A stretch of 64,000 nt of DNA from Laetmonice hystrix. Taxonomy: Eukaryota. Below, piece by piece: positions 9,246-21,046 of the stretch. The notes beneath the pieces were generated by a model. That model made no database searches. It was not told where the DNA came from and saw nothing but the letters and a program-made list of their open reading frames with translations. Position 1 is the stretch's first letter. Each line of letters starts with the position of its first letter. The stretch covers positions 32,242,001 through 32,306,000 of the forward strand of contig OZ249440.1 in NCBI GenBank assembly GCA_965235115.1, in the 5' to 3' direction. A program made the translations under genes and the position numbers.

Positions 9246-12200
9246 TCAAAAACCATAGGGATAGGTGTAGAAATTTTCCCCAACGACTCGTTTTGTATAC
9301 ACCATCGCATACTTTTTCTGTTCACCACGGGAGTAAATTTGTATTGTTCTACTATTACGGCATATTTTAGCCGGGTTGTACGTGTGCGCGTCCTGTTCCA
9401 CGCCAAACACCTCGTTTAAAACAGTTTTAAAATTTATTCTTTTGGCATTTCTATAATTAAGGGTGAACCCACGAACTTTGCATACGTGTGTATTTTCACT
9501 CGTGATATATGCATAGTTCTTGGGCCCACCCGAAACAAATTGTGTTATGTACTCCCCGGGCTTCAATTCGTCCGAAAAATCGCCCAAATAGTCGCCCGGG
9601 GAGGGTTCAGGTTCCGAAAGTTTCGATATGAAAATAACAGAGTCTGTGTCGTGGTACAGGACGCGCCTTCCGAGTAGTTCAAGAGAGCCGTACAGCTTAA
9701 GGCGAGCCCACATCGTCGTGAATGTTGCCACATAAATGTTGGAATTGGCGCACGACGATTGTGGGACCAGCTGACTAGCGTGCTGCCACTGGAGGCAGAG
9801 AGTGTCGCGTGCCAAAATGTGAAAGTCCAGAATTCTTTTGCTTGGATCTGAAATAATTTGATGAAATTTGTGGGCTTCCGAATCGTTTAGCATTGTTGTT
9901 TGTTTAAAGTTTGCCCTCTGACCGAATTTACCCCAAAACGAATTTAGACAAAGTTTAGCTAACGATCTGAGCCCTGGATTTTTAACAATGTTGTCGTACT
10001 CCAAGCAAATCCCCTCCCGCGCCTTGTAATTTTGAATGTACGCGAGTCTATCTGCCTCCGATTGGCACCACGTTGGCCAGCCGCTGCTCTCTTGTTTCAG
10101 TTTTAGGAACAAGTTGATATCCTCGGAAAACAACCCGGCCTCCGATGAATCGGTTGAGTAGGTTGCCGTCTTCTCCCAGTGATAAACTTCATAAAGTTTG
10201 ACGATGGTGTACCCCATGTCCACGGCCTTGATTAATTCTGGTGTACACCAGGTACCAGTCAAACACCTCTCATCCGCATTACAACTGCAAGTGTCTTTCG
10301 ACTCCGCGTCAGCACACTTACGGCACAGCGGGAATTTCAGCTTCCCTCCAGAACTATAAGGTAATACGGGGTGATACAACCCCCGTGGGGGCAACACCTT
10401 GGCTTTGGCAATGCCAAAGTACTCATGGACGGGCAAGCTGATTTCCTTCCCGCTGAGAATGGTGGGATGGCCAACGGGGTACTTACATGTTTTGTTAACC
10501 CACGGGTAGAGGCTGGTGAAATCAATATACTTTATCTTTTCACCCTCCTCCGCCTCGTGGTACAGCTTGACGGCGTTGGTTCGGCCGCCGAAAAAGCTGT
10601 CACGTGGGTCTAGGCGGGACTGAACGTCTAATGTCTGAATAAACTGCTTGAGAGCTGGGTTGTCTTTCTCCTTTTTGTTGAATGTGCATTCCCACATGCA
10701 CTCGTATTTGTACCCCATACTGATCAGCACCTTCTTTTTTTCAAGGGTTTTTCTGAAAAGTTCAGAAAAGGGCTGACCAGTATAGGGATGTTTGAGTGCA
10801 CGCCGATTCACCTTGTAACACACAGGGCACCCGTGCCAAACACAGCCGTGGTACTCGTAACATTTACGCGTGGCCGGGTCAAACCCGTCCACTTTGTAAC
10901 GAGTACCCGGGACACGGTACTCCCCTTCGCTCGAGAGGGCGTGCTGCAGCTTAATACCCTTTCGCTGCGCCACCCACTCGAGCCAAGCGATGGACCGCTT
11001 GCTGTAGTTGTCCCGAGAGCCGAGTGTTGGCACGTGCGCCAGAGGTGAATCAACAAACTGTTTCTGACCAATTTCCCAGCTCGCCAACAGCTCGTTTTCA
11101 GACAGTAGACGTCCTTCCACGTCAAACACCCACGTGTTATTTTGCAGGTACCCAAACACGTTGGTCATCTCACCGGATGCCTTATGTGTGATGCTGACGC
11201 GGTGCCTTTCCTGGAGAAACTTTCTCCTGTATATTGTCATGCAGACACTTGCAATTGTAATGCTTCTAAAAGGGTCGATACCCCCACCATTAACACCGCC
11301 CGTGATAGACATCAACAGGTTACGAAACTTACAACACCCTTGACGCAAAATAGACACGTCAGACTGGCAGTATTCCAACATTTCCTTTTGCATATCAAAA
11401 CGAGCGTTTTGCTGTGTCGCGTACCACCTCTCAAATTCACTTTTACCCGCGGCGCTAAAATAGTCAGCGCCGAAGTACACGGGGTCTGGAATGGGCCCCA
11501 CGTACTCTGCGTTAGCCTTGGTATTAATGAAATGAGGGAAGTGGCCTTTCTTGAGCTCTGTCAAGCCAAAGGCCTTGGGTATGGAGGCCAATGGCATTGG
11601 CAAGAAATTCAAAGAATCGACCACTGTGATATTAAGCCCCCTACCCACATGCATTTGCATAATTTTAGACCCGCTATAAGTAATATTGTCAGGGTGTATG
11701 GACTGGTTAATCAAATAATTGAGGAGGAAATAACCGTCATACCCCTTCATGTTGTGTGCAATGGCGGTGACTTTGCGGTGCTGTTTGCTAAATAACCATG
11801 ACCCGAAACGTGTAGCAGTGTCATCCCCTTTAAACACTACCTCTCTTCGCCCACACGTCTGCGGACACGGGTCGATGACATAACAGCCCCCTTCAACATC
11901 CCACCTGTCACATCGTTTGCAGCGCGTGCCACAATTGTAGCAGTTCTGATTGATGGGGGTGTCCTCACACGCGTTACACGCTGTGTGAGCAACGACCAAG
12001 TTTGGCGTGTGTACAGACTGACCGCACCAGGCCTGGTTACAGTTTGTGCACTTTTCACACGCCGCACACTGCTGTTGTTTTATTGCGCACGCTCTGCACC
12101 GTCTCTGTCTGTCCCTATTCAGTCCCTCATTACACTCGGCTATATCATCCTGACGACATTCAAAGTCGAAATATACATGTTTAAACCGTGAATGATCGTC

Positions 12201-15200
12201 AGGGGCTAACGCACGTTGGTAACACAGATGCTCTCCGACAACATACTTCTTACACTTCATACACTCCCATTCACCACACCGATGGTCTTCGGCCTTTCTC
12301 TTATTAAGCATAACAACACGATTGCACTGCGTACATTTCCAGCGAGAGTCACATGGGGAGAGAGAGGCTTTCCCGCTAGTTTTTACCAAGTGACGACTGT
12401 AGCAGTCGAAACTTCTGCAGGTCATGTGGCATTTGATGCATACACACTCAGACAAACTGAGTGTGCACTGGTCGCTGTGGCACACGTTGCATGTGGCCTT
12501 GCAACTATGTGTGCCTTTCGTGTTGTATGGCCGTAAACAGAAACTACAGAAATAGCTTGAGCCAAAGAACCCAGAAATACTAGTGATACAATGAAAGTGT
12601 CCCTCCCAATTATTATCTACGTTATCTACAAGATAAAGAAACAGCCTAGACCTCGGTGCGTCCTCATCATTCATTTGTGGTGGTACGCGGACAAAGCGAT
12701 TCCCCATGCGAGATGCGATAACCGCTATGTCTACACCTAACACAGCTTCAAACGCAGGCAAATCGTTTAAACTAGCCGGAATGTCCGACCTAACGTTTGC
12801 TCTGCGGCATAAAGCTAATGCTAGGTGCTTCTGTTCCTGGCGCGACTTGTCCCGGAGCTTAGCATAGAACCAGCCAGGGACTTTATTCACGCTCAGGATC
12901 TTATCAATTGTTGTACCCGGGACATTGTGGGCAGCAGCATGCCATTCAGGCGTGGTGACGCGACATGTGCTCGCCCACGCGACCCCGATAGCCCTAGCCA
13001 TACACATACAGTCTTCGTTTGTAATATTGACAATAGATGTTTTCGAAAGAGTACAATTGTTGTCGCCACTTAGATTTGTTACCGGGCGGCCTCCACCTCC
13101 ACCTCTTAGGTGTCTGATGGTCCCGATGTCGATCCGAAAACTGTGGTCGAGCTCTAAATTTTGATTACTGTTAAGGACGTTTTCAATATATTCCAAAATG
13201 TCTTCGACAGTAAGATCGGCCAGGGGTCGAAGTGAAATGATTATGGGGTCGGATAACTTAGCGTGGTGTATGACTATTCTAACGAGATCGTCGTCCCATA
13301 GGTGCCGAGTGGCTTCGTGCAAAACCTCGTAAAACATTTGCTCAAGGTGTCCGAACATATCTGCCAGTCTAACGCCGCCAAGAGCATCGCTGAATCGTAC
13401 CTCATATGTTGTGTCTTCAGCCCCATCAACGGCAAACCGACGCACGCTTCGGCGCCTAAAGGTGTACATTTTAGGTTTACCGTTAACAGGGCGGGGCTGT
13501 GGTCGTGGTGACATAGGTGTTGGGGGCGCTGGACGCTCTGGTGATTGCGGTGGCGGTGGCGATGCTACATCTGGGGGTTTCTGTAAATACACAACATGAT
13601 GACTCCATTAAACGTGTTTTCTTAAAAAATCATTTAATAATAAGTAAATGGGCTACTATTTGGATATTTAAGACGTTAATTAGTACTCTTGTGACAACAA
13701 CATTATAGTGAATGGCTTGACAGATACTTACAGGCGATGGCGGCAGGCTTTCATTATCGGCCGGGGGCCCCTCCCATGGCTGCGGGGCACTGGTGCTCGG
13801 CTTAAGCCAGGGCGGTGTCCCAGGGGGTGTCCCCGGCGTACCATGGCGGACTGACGGCCCAGGGGGGCTCGAGCCGGCGGAGCACTTGTTGCAGCTCCCA
13901 CTCGCCCCCTCCGAGGTCCGGCAGCTCCCCGCCATGCCATCGTTCGTCAGGGTGTCCGCGGGGGGAGTGACCTGTTGGTATAACAAATAGATTCGTGCAA
14001 GGGATGTGCAAATGTGCAATTCATAGTTTTATTCAAAGTATTATTGAATAGAAACCGATAGGCTTCAAACATGATGCTATAGCTTACCTACCGAAGGATC
14101 GCCCATAACGGGCATCATGGGGTCCACGTCGATTGCCAACTCCTGTTGCTGCTGGTGTAGAACGGCCTGGGGGAGAAAAAAATCATATCAGTGATGGAAT
14201 AAAGAATGTGGTATCGTTCATATTCACACGATTAACGATTAAAGCAGTAGGATGGATATCGACATGTGTTGGATACTTTTGCAAACAAACAACTCAAGAC
14301 ACAAACTCACCTCATTCGTATCTTCTGATTCGACGTACAAACGTCGACGTTTCTTGGGTGGTAGCCGAGCTGAACGGGGTGAAGCCACCCTCCGCATCAG
14401 TTGAGGACGAGGAGGAGACAGCGTGGTCGGTGCCGCTGCGGTCGCCTGGCTTAGGGTCCAATCCCCATCCTCAATACATGCGAGGGTTAGGTCGGCGCAC
14501 TGTACAAATGGACACATACATGTTTAAAGTTTGTGTGCGTCGACATGTGTATATGGCTCATGGACCGGCTCATATGCGATCATTTTGTCAAATTGCATCT
14601 TTCACCACCATAGTTAAAAAGTTAAAAAGTTAAAAACTTACCTGCAAAGCCACCTCCTCGTCCTGTGTCAACCCCAAACGATTCAACTGGCTGTCACCCC
14701 ATTCGCCGTCCTCTATGCAGGACCTGGCGAGATCGTCATACTGTACAAAAAAAGAAGAAAAAAGCATGTAGCTAAACCCTCTCAATAAGACACGTGCATG
14801 ATTTCCGGATACAATCTGTGTCCTGTATACAGCAGCAAAAATGTCTACACATAACTCTCCGTCCGTTTGCATTGAAACAACATAGATTTCATATAATATA
14901 CCTCATCATGAATTACTTAAATACTTACATCGTCCTGGGGCAATGGCCGTGGCTCAGCGCCCGTTGTGCATGGGGGAGGTCGCGCGGGGGCCACCACAGC
15001 CTGGCTGTGGACCCATTCGCCGTCCTGAACGCAGGATCTGGCGAGATCGGCATACTGTCCAAAAAAGAAGAAAGAAAACATGTAGCTATACCCTCTCAAG
15101 ACACGTGCATGATTTCTGTGGCCTGTATACAACAATTGTATAGCTAAGGATTAAATACTTTAAAACGTCAAAAACTTACCTCCATCGCGACCTCCTCTGG

Positions 15201-15389
15201 GGTAAATCCATTACCATCTGCCTGCAGTGCTTCGCAGGCAAGATGCGTCTCAACCTGGTCCAGGACGGCCTGCAAATCCAGATCCGGATTTGTCAGGACC
15301 GCGTCCGCATCAACCAACCTGACGTCAGCTGGCGTACATTGGCCATTCTGTAGCCAGCTGATCAGGTCGGCTAATGCGTTCTGATCCAT
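9246..15389 (-). CDS. polB: Protein-primed family B DNA polymerase, predicted spliced form ~1757 aa; exons 15389-15180, 15054-14929, 14740-14642, 14499-14311, 14166-14092, 13971-13732, 13580-9246
   Basis: Exo motifs YFDFEC, HNMKGYDGY, YCQSDV; pol motifs DFTSLYP, KLCLNSFWGKFGQ, YHDTDS; VSR-like insert (VDGFD..YEYHGCVWHGC). The 4.3-kb ORF opens at a non-ATG codon just before an acceptor; six upstream open exons have GT-AG phase-0 boundaries. Core call is very secure; the splice model is a prediction. Confidence 0.9.
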
Positions 15390-15654
15390 CTGAAACGAGA
15401 TGCCAACGTACATGTACTGACAGAAGACACACGCCCGCACGCACCTACACACACACACACACACACGCACACGCACACCATCTTTTCCCGTCTAGTTCAA
15501 TCACCATATTAAATGACTGTTTGCAAACATTTCGTACTATTCGATACCAACATCAATAACATCGAACGGACAGGGGGTGATGATAGTGGTAGCCCAAATG
15601 TTAGTTACTTACGGTTTTGACGATTCAAGTACGTAGACGTGGCGAAGAGTCCAA

Positions 15655-15935
15655 CCGTGTGGCGAACCGGGCGTGGCAAACCGCGGGTGTGGCAAACCGG
15701 AACGTCGGGAAACCGTGGGGGCGGGCGTGGACAACCGGTGGCGGCCGTCGACAGGGGTGTTGGGTACCGGTCGTGGTGAGATACCGGGTGTGGTGAGATA
15801 CCGGGCGTGGTGAGATACCGGGCGTGGGTTGGGTGGCGGGTGCGGAGCGTGTTCGAGGTGGAGCGAGTTAGCAAGTAGGCAAGTAGGCAAGTCGGCAGGT
15901 AGGCAAGTAGGCTGGCGAGCAGACAAGCTGGCGAG
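15655..15935. repeat. Short tandem repeats upstream of PolB (gtggcaaaccg, 3x gtggtgagataccggg, aggcaagt)
   Basis: Direct reading; lies just 5' of a GTAAGT donor at 15612-15607 (probable 5'UTR exon). Confidence 0.8.
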
Positions 15936-16306
15936 TAACTCGGAAATGTGACAAAAAGTTGTGTGGTGAGCTGTTTTAACGTGAGCCCCCAAAGGACGAT
16001 GGGCTCAATTAGAGACACCGATTGGTTCTCGTTTATTGATGGACTGCCTCCAATATGACAACGGGCAATCCTATAGGCTAGTCTAGGTAGTCACTTGCCA
16101 CGCCCTCGCATGATGATAAGACTTAGATCTAAGACGGGGGACACATCTGGCGATTTCGGCCGACGATTCACGGTGATTGGAGCCGAGACCCCGACCTGAT
16201 ATACCTACTGAGTTTCACTGCTGACTCGGGGGATTGCCTGAAGAAATCGTCAGATGTGTCCTGACCTTAAACCCCAGAAAAGATTGGCTAGTTCTTGGAT
16301 CGAAAT

Positions 16307-16699
16307 CTATGACACCCCCACCCTTGTCCAATAATTACACCGACTGTTCTTATCTGATGTCTGTCGGTAATGTGCATATAGCTCCAAGTTCGTCGGTGGC
16401 CTTTGACATGCTACGGAGGTCGGCACCGCACCAGCCTCTGTATACGAGCACACGCACACTGTGCATAAGTTAAGAGGGTCAGACCGGCCAAACCGCTTAG
16501 TGCGATGATGACCACTCGGGTTCCCTGATGGGGTAGTCTGTAAGTGGGTTAAACTTGTTAGGAGGGCCAGACCTACCCAACCGCCGAGTGCGATGGTCAA
16601 CACGAGGGGTATCCTCAGAGGGGGGCAGGGTGTGCGCGAGATTCCCCCCTGCGTGTGGTAATAGTGTGGCTTTTCATGTTGCCATATAGCGTCACACAC
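16307..16699 (-). pseudogene. Possible degraded secreted/membrane Cys-rich accessory ORF
   Basis: Hydrophobic stretch IPLVLTIALGGWVGLALL, RTKR furin-like site, CTVCVC...VAC cluster; no ATG start. Confidence 0.3.
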
Positions 16700-17217
16700 A
16701 TTGAGGCAGGCATTAACTATACAGTTTAAAGGTCACCAGAGTATCCCCACTTAACGCTTCGTTGAGTACTGCTGGGGCGATAGTGTTAGGGAGGATAGTT
16801 TGACAAGTCATGTTTGTTTGTTTGTGTTTTTTTTTTCTTTCATGTCAACCCCGTGTCAACCCTAAGTTGTACAATGGACGCAAGTCTATGTTAAAAATAA
16901 TGGGTTGCGGAAAACTACACGACTCCTTTAGACACAGCCTACCCAACCAACCCTCTCGAACATAAATAGTAGTATTGACTACGACTCTGCTCAGTGAAAT
17001 CAAATTAAAACCATAAAACATAATCCCTTTTTAAACACCCAACCCCGCACACTCACGTGCATAATGAACAAACGCAGTTTTGTTTTTAAACTTAACATGC
17101 TATATTTACAAGTTACGGACATTCAGTATATACATATATACAAACAAGCAGGGCAACAGAATACAACTACATGCATAGCAAGTCCATGGACGGTCCGGGT
17201 CAAGTCTTTAAAGGTCT

Positions 17218-18140
17218 TTAATATTTGCCACAGTGCGGAGGTCTTTTAGCCACCCTTTGTCTTCGGCAATACGGTGACTTTTTTGCCGTCCTGGTTGACC
17301 GTCGCAGCACTCGTGCCCTGCTATGCGGTGCCGGGCATGGCGGTAGGGGCGTCCGGTTAAATGTGGGCGGCTCGGGTGTTACTTCGACCGCACGTGGAGG
17401 GGCATTGGCCGGCGGCTGTTGGGGTGGCGGCGGTGGGTGGGGTGGAGATGTCGGCTGGGCCTCGTCGTCGACCTCCATGTCGACCCCAGTAACGTGGACT
17501 TGGGCCACCGTATCCATGCTGACCATCGTAGGTGGTGGGGGCCGGGGTGGGGGTCCACGTGGGTCGTGGGAAATCACTGGGTCGCTCACATTGGAACTTG
17601 TTATGGAGACGGTGTCCAACTCAATGGGGTGATGTCTGTGTCTTTTTCTCCTGATGGCTGTTGAATGCCTCCACCACAGCATGACACACACATTACAAAT
17701 TATCGTCAGGATTGTAAGACCGGCTGAACTGCTCAGGGCGATGGTCAGCACGGGAGTACCCTCAGGGGCAGGTCGTGGCCGTGATTCCCCCGTGTCCACC
17801 TTTCGCTCGTCCGCCGATATGTTGACGGGTTAAGGGGGTTACCCCTTAAATCAATGGTCTCAAATCGGGACGCATAGCGTGGGTCGGGCAATCTTGAAAT
17901 TTTGTTGAAACGTAAGTCCAGGGTCGTGAAGCCGGTCGTCGTCAAAAAGGTGGGGTAGGTCCGTAGGTTTAGGCGGGTGCAGCTGATCAATTTCCGGGGG
18001 CGAATGCATTGGCACCGGCCACACGGGTAGGCATGGCCGGTAACCGCTAGTGTCATGAGGATGGTGAGAAGCATGTCTTTCTTCAAGCAACGAGCAAATA
18101 CTAACTGAAGGATGTAAAGCATGACTCCCCCCTTAGTCAT
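17218..18140 (-). pseudogene. Signal peptide + LRR + transmembrane + Pro-rich tail protein, split by a frameshift near 17800-17830
   Basis: MLLTILMTLAVTGHA signal; CGRCQC...ISC LRR-NT cap; LDLRFNKISRLP and IDLRGNPL repeats; overlapping frame has TM segment GLTILTIICNVCVMLWW then RRKRHR and poly-Pro. Confidence 0.65.
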
Positions 18141-18448
18141 GACACTGAAAACATGCCCCCACCCGTAGTCTTGACACTGTCTAAACGCTGCAATCTAAAG
18201 TCACCAAGCTATAGGGAGCGGGTGTATAGGTTGGTCAGTCGAGGGAGGGTCCAGTGTGCAAACAGCTGTACAAACACCTCTCATTGCAAGTAGTCAGACA
18301 TTTTGCTACACTCTTTATATGCTACACTCTTTAGTTTCTCCCAAATCCTAATAACCATTCCTTATAACCATTCCAAAAAATAAAATAACACGCCCCCTCC
18401 TTATAAATCGCACACCGGCGCATGCATACTAGTGTCATGTGTGAAATT

Positions 18449-19126
18449 TTATGTCGGGACGTACACTACGGGGTCCTCGTTAGGAAATATGTTTGTACGC
18501 AGCCTGTACTTGTCACACGCGTGTGGTGAACTGTCTATAACCAAATAACCAAAGGGACGCTTTGTGGCATGCTCATATGCATCTTTTAAAATGTTATTTT
18601 TCCCAGGATAAAGTTGGCGAGCCAAGTGTGTAACTTGCGAGGCATCTCTCAAGTTTCTGAACAGGACCAAATACCACGTGTTTAAAGCTATGGTCCGTGC
18701 ATTTTTCCCCGACTGAAATACGTTTTGTGTTAGGTATATTATACTGAAATTTTTATGATGACACTTTTGCGTTAACATCAACTCCATTTCGGAACTTTTC
18801 ATCATACGGTCCACAAGATCGTCAACTATAACTAAATTGTGGGCTCTGTTAAGTGAAAGTTCGTCAATTACTTCGTCTGATGGTAAACCTTCGTGTAATC
18901 GGAGGTGGGGAATGTTTTTCTCCATCTCCTCATACAGAGGTTGCCAAACTCCGTAACAATAGAGGATAGATTGTGGCGGGCTCGATTCAAACATTCCCGA
19001 CACATGGCGCAGAAACCTGTATACCCAAAACGTCTTCCCGCTGCCCGTAGAACCCACAACGCAAGTGCTTGAATTTTGGTTTAAACGGTAACAGACTCTG
19101 GCTTTCCCACCACGCAACACCCTCAC
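18449..19126 (-). CDS. FtsK/HerA (A32-like) genome-packaging ATPase; 5' end disturbed
   Basis: Walker A GSTGSGKT, Walker B LVIVDD, HHKNFSIIYLTQNVF, PFGYLVID, RLRTNIFP; ORF opens at GTG inside a 13-bp tandem duplication (gagggtgttgcgt x2). Confidence 0.93.
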   Translation of the reverse strand: MRVLRGGKARVCYRLNQNSSTCVVGSTGSGKTFWVYRFLRHVSGMFESSPPQSILYCYGVWQPLYEEMEKNIPHLRLHEGLPSDEVIDELSLNRAHNLVIVDDLVDRMMKSSEMELMLTQKCHHKNFSIIYLTQNVFQSGKNARTIALNTWYLVLFRNLRDASQVTHLARQLYPGKNNILKDAYEHATKRPFGYLVIDSSPHACDKYRLRTNIFPNEDPVVYVPT

Positions 19127-19677
19127 GCAACACCCTCATCGTGTACATTATGCTGCACATCCTTCTCTATCGGCATCACGATCTAAACTGGCCCCCTCAC
19201 CCCCGCGCTGCCCAACTTATATACAAGAACGTCACTTTCTAATAGTCAACTTTCGAATCATATGGAAATGAATACAAACTTCTTTTTTTTTAATTCACAA
19301 TGTTTAATTTATAAACATACGACATATAGTATACAACAAATGCAGTGACCAACGCGCTGAAAAGTATGGGTCGGACTGTCGACATGCATCCGTACATCTC
19401 CCTTAAACATTCGAATACTCGTACTAAAAACTTGTTTAATCCAACATGATAAAACACAACACAGCATAATTCTACCGTGTATATTATACTAAACTCAAAG
19501 TATTAGAGGTCGCTGTCATTGCCGACCACCACACTGTACAGCTTGGTGTTAAAACAAACTTAAACTAGCTTTACTATATTCAATTCTTACGTATAAAATT
19601 TAGCACGATATAATTACCATTCGAACGTAATATATCATAAACAGTCTTGTCACCTCATAATAATAATAACACACAAA

Positions 19678-20714
19678 TCACGCCTCATCCAACACTTTAA
19701 ACTCAAAGTAAGGCGTGGTGTCGTTATCGCCAAGTAGGGTCCGCTCCGGGTTGGCCTGTCTTAAACATTCCAATACCACCCCGTACGGCACATACGACAT
19801 ATTGAAATAGTCTTTCACAAGCTTTACGGCCTCGTGCAGTCTGGGCGGTGATATTCTGAGATGACAGGGGCGACCATGCTTTCTGACAGCATCCGCTTTG
19901 TCACCCAGACATCCACCCAGCATATGGTCCTTTTGACTGTCCCGATTGTTTATGCAACCGTAGCATTTTTGTTTCCGTCGTGCATTAAACTCGTCACGTA
20001 GTATATAATCGTACACTTCATGTACAATAAGTTTCGGTGACGGAATTAACACCTCCTCAACCTCGACCTTTAGTTCAATTAGATCGTCGGGCACGTCGCA
20101 CTCCGTGGCCACGCCATCTTCAACACAAGTGCCCCGTTCAAAAAACACCATGGTTGACGATTTCACGACACCACCTTCGGGTGTCACATACCGCCATCGG
20201 TAAACCGGCATCATTCTCTTCATACGCTTGTTTGGGGGCTCATCGCTACTGGCCGACGCCAATGGGCACCACCGGACGGGGTCGTCGGGCAGAAGGCTGT
20301 CTGGGTCGTCCTCGTCCGACAGTACGTCCGTCATAATTCCGTTCTCTACTTTCGTCACATTCATTGACAGTTCACTGATAAAAATGAGAAAAAAAGAAAA
20401 TATCAGTATTCATCCATTATACCCCTTCCTAAAGAACTAAAATTGGCACCATCACTTCCAATGACCAATATAATACAAAACGTTACTTACTAGACACTTC
20501 TGCCGTTGCCGTCCAGGTGGATATAGCAGACGTATAGTTTTCCCAGGAAATCGGACACTGTCACACGCCAGCCGTCCTCCTCAAAAAGTGTCCTTTCACC
20601 AAAACCTGTCGGCTCCACACCCGACACGTACCTTGAACTTTTCTTGATAAGATTCTTTGGAACGTAAACTGTCCGTTTGTCATTTAAGCGATTCCTCCTC
20701 GTTAGCTTCACCAT
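19678..20714 (-). CDS. Predicted two-exon accessory protein (~306 aa): PC4-like N-terminus plus CxGC..SQxxH..CL domain; exons 20714-20491 and 20374-19678
   Basis: RVTVSDFLGKLYV resembles the PC4 ssDNA-binding strand pair; donor TA|GTAAGT and polypyrimidine acceptor ...ttttatcag|T give Y-E-L-S in frame with MNVTK; CYGCINNRDSQKDHMLGGCL in exon 2. Confidence 0.7.
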
Positions 20715-21046
20715 GAGGCTTATGACAGCCCGCCCCGCCTAGCCACCGCAACAGCATGTCCAATTTTGAGCTATACTTTTGAATACTTAGTAAAAATGGT
20801 TTTTGCCGACACACATAAGTGTCCAAAAATTGCCTCACATTTCAGTTTCGAACACTTTGGTATTCCCAACTAATATATCCTTTACATTGTGACCAAGACA
20901 AACATTGTTACCAAGATTCAGCAGAACGTCTACATTTCGCCTGCCAAAACTGTAAGTGACATTGCTAATATTACTCCATCGTATATTTTGTAGCTTTTGC
21001 CCACCCTCCCACGCCTAATATAAAGCATATTTGGTTTTACGCGTCT

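Noticed and set aside
15225..15245. LACEA in PolB exon 1 as an Rb-binding motif
   Set aside because: Spacing is LxCE, not LxCxE.
15605..16018. ORFs of 127 and 137 aa upstream of the PolB leader as coding exons
   Set aside because: They are built from short tandem repeats, and their phases at the 15612 donor do not match the ATG exon; the matching frame has a stop.
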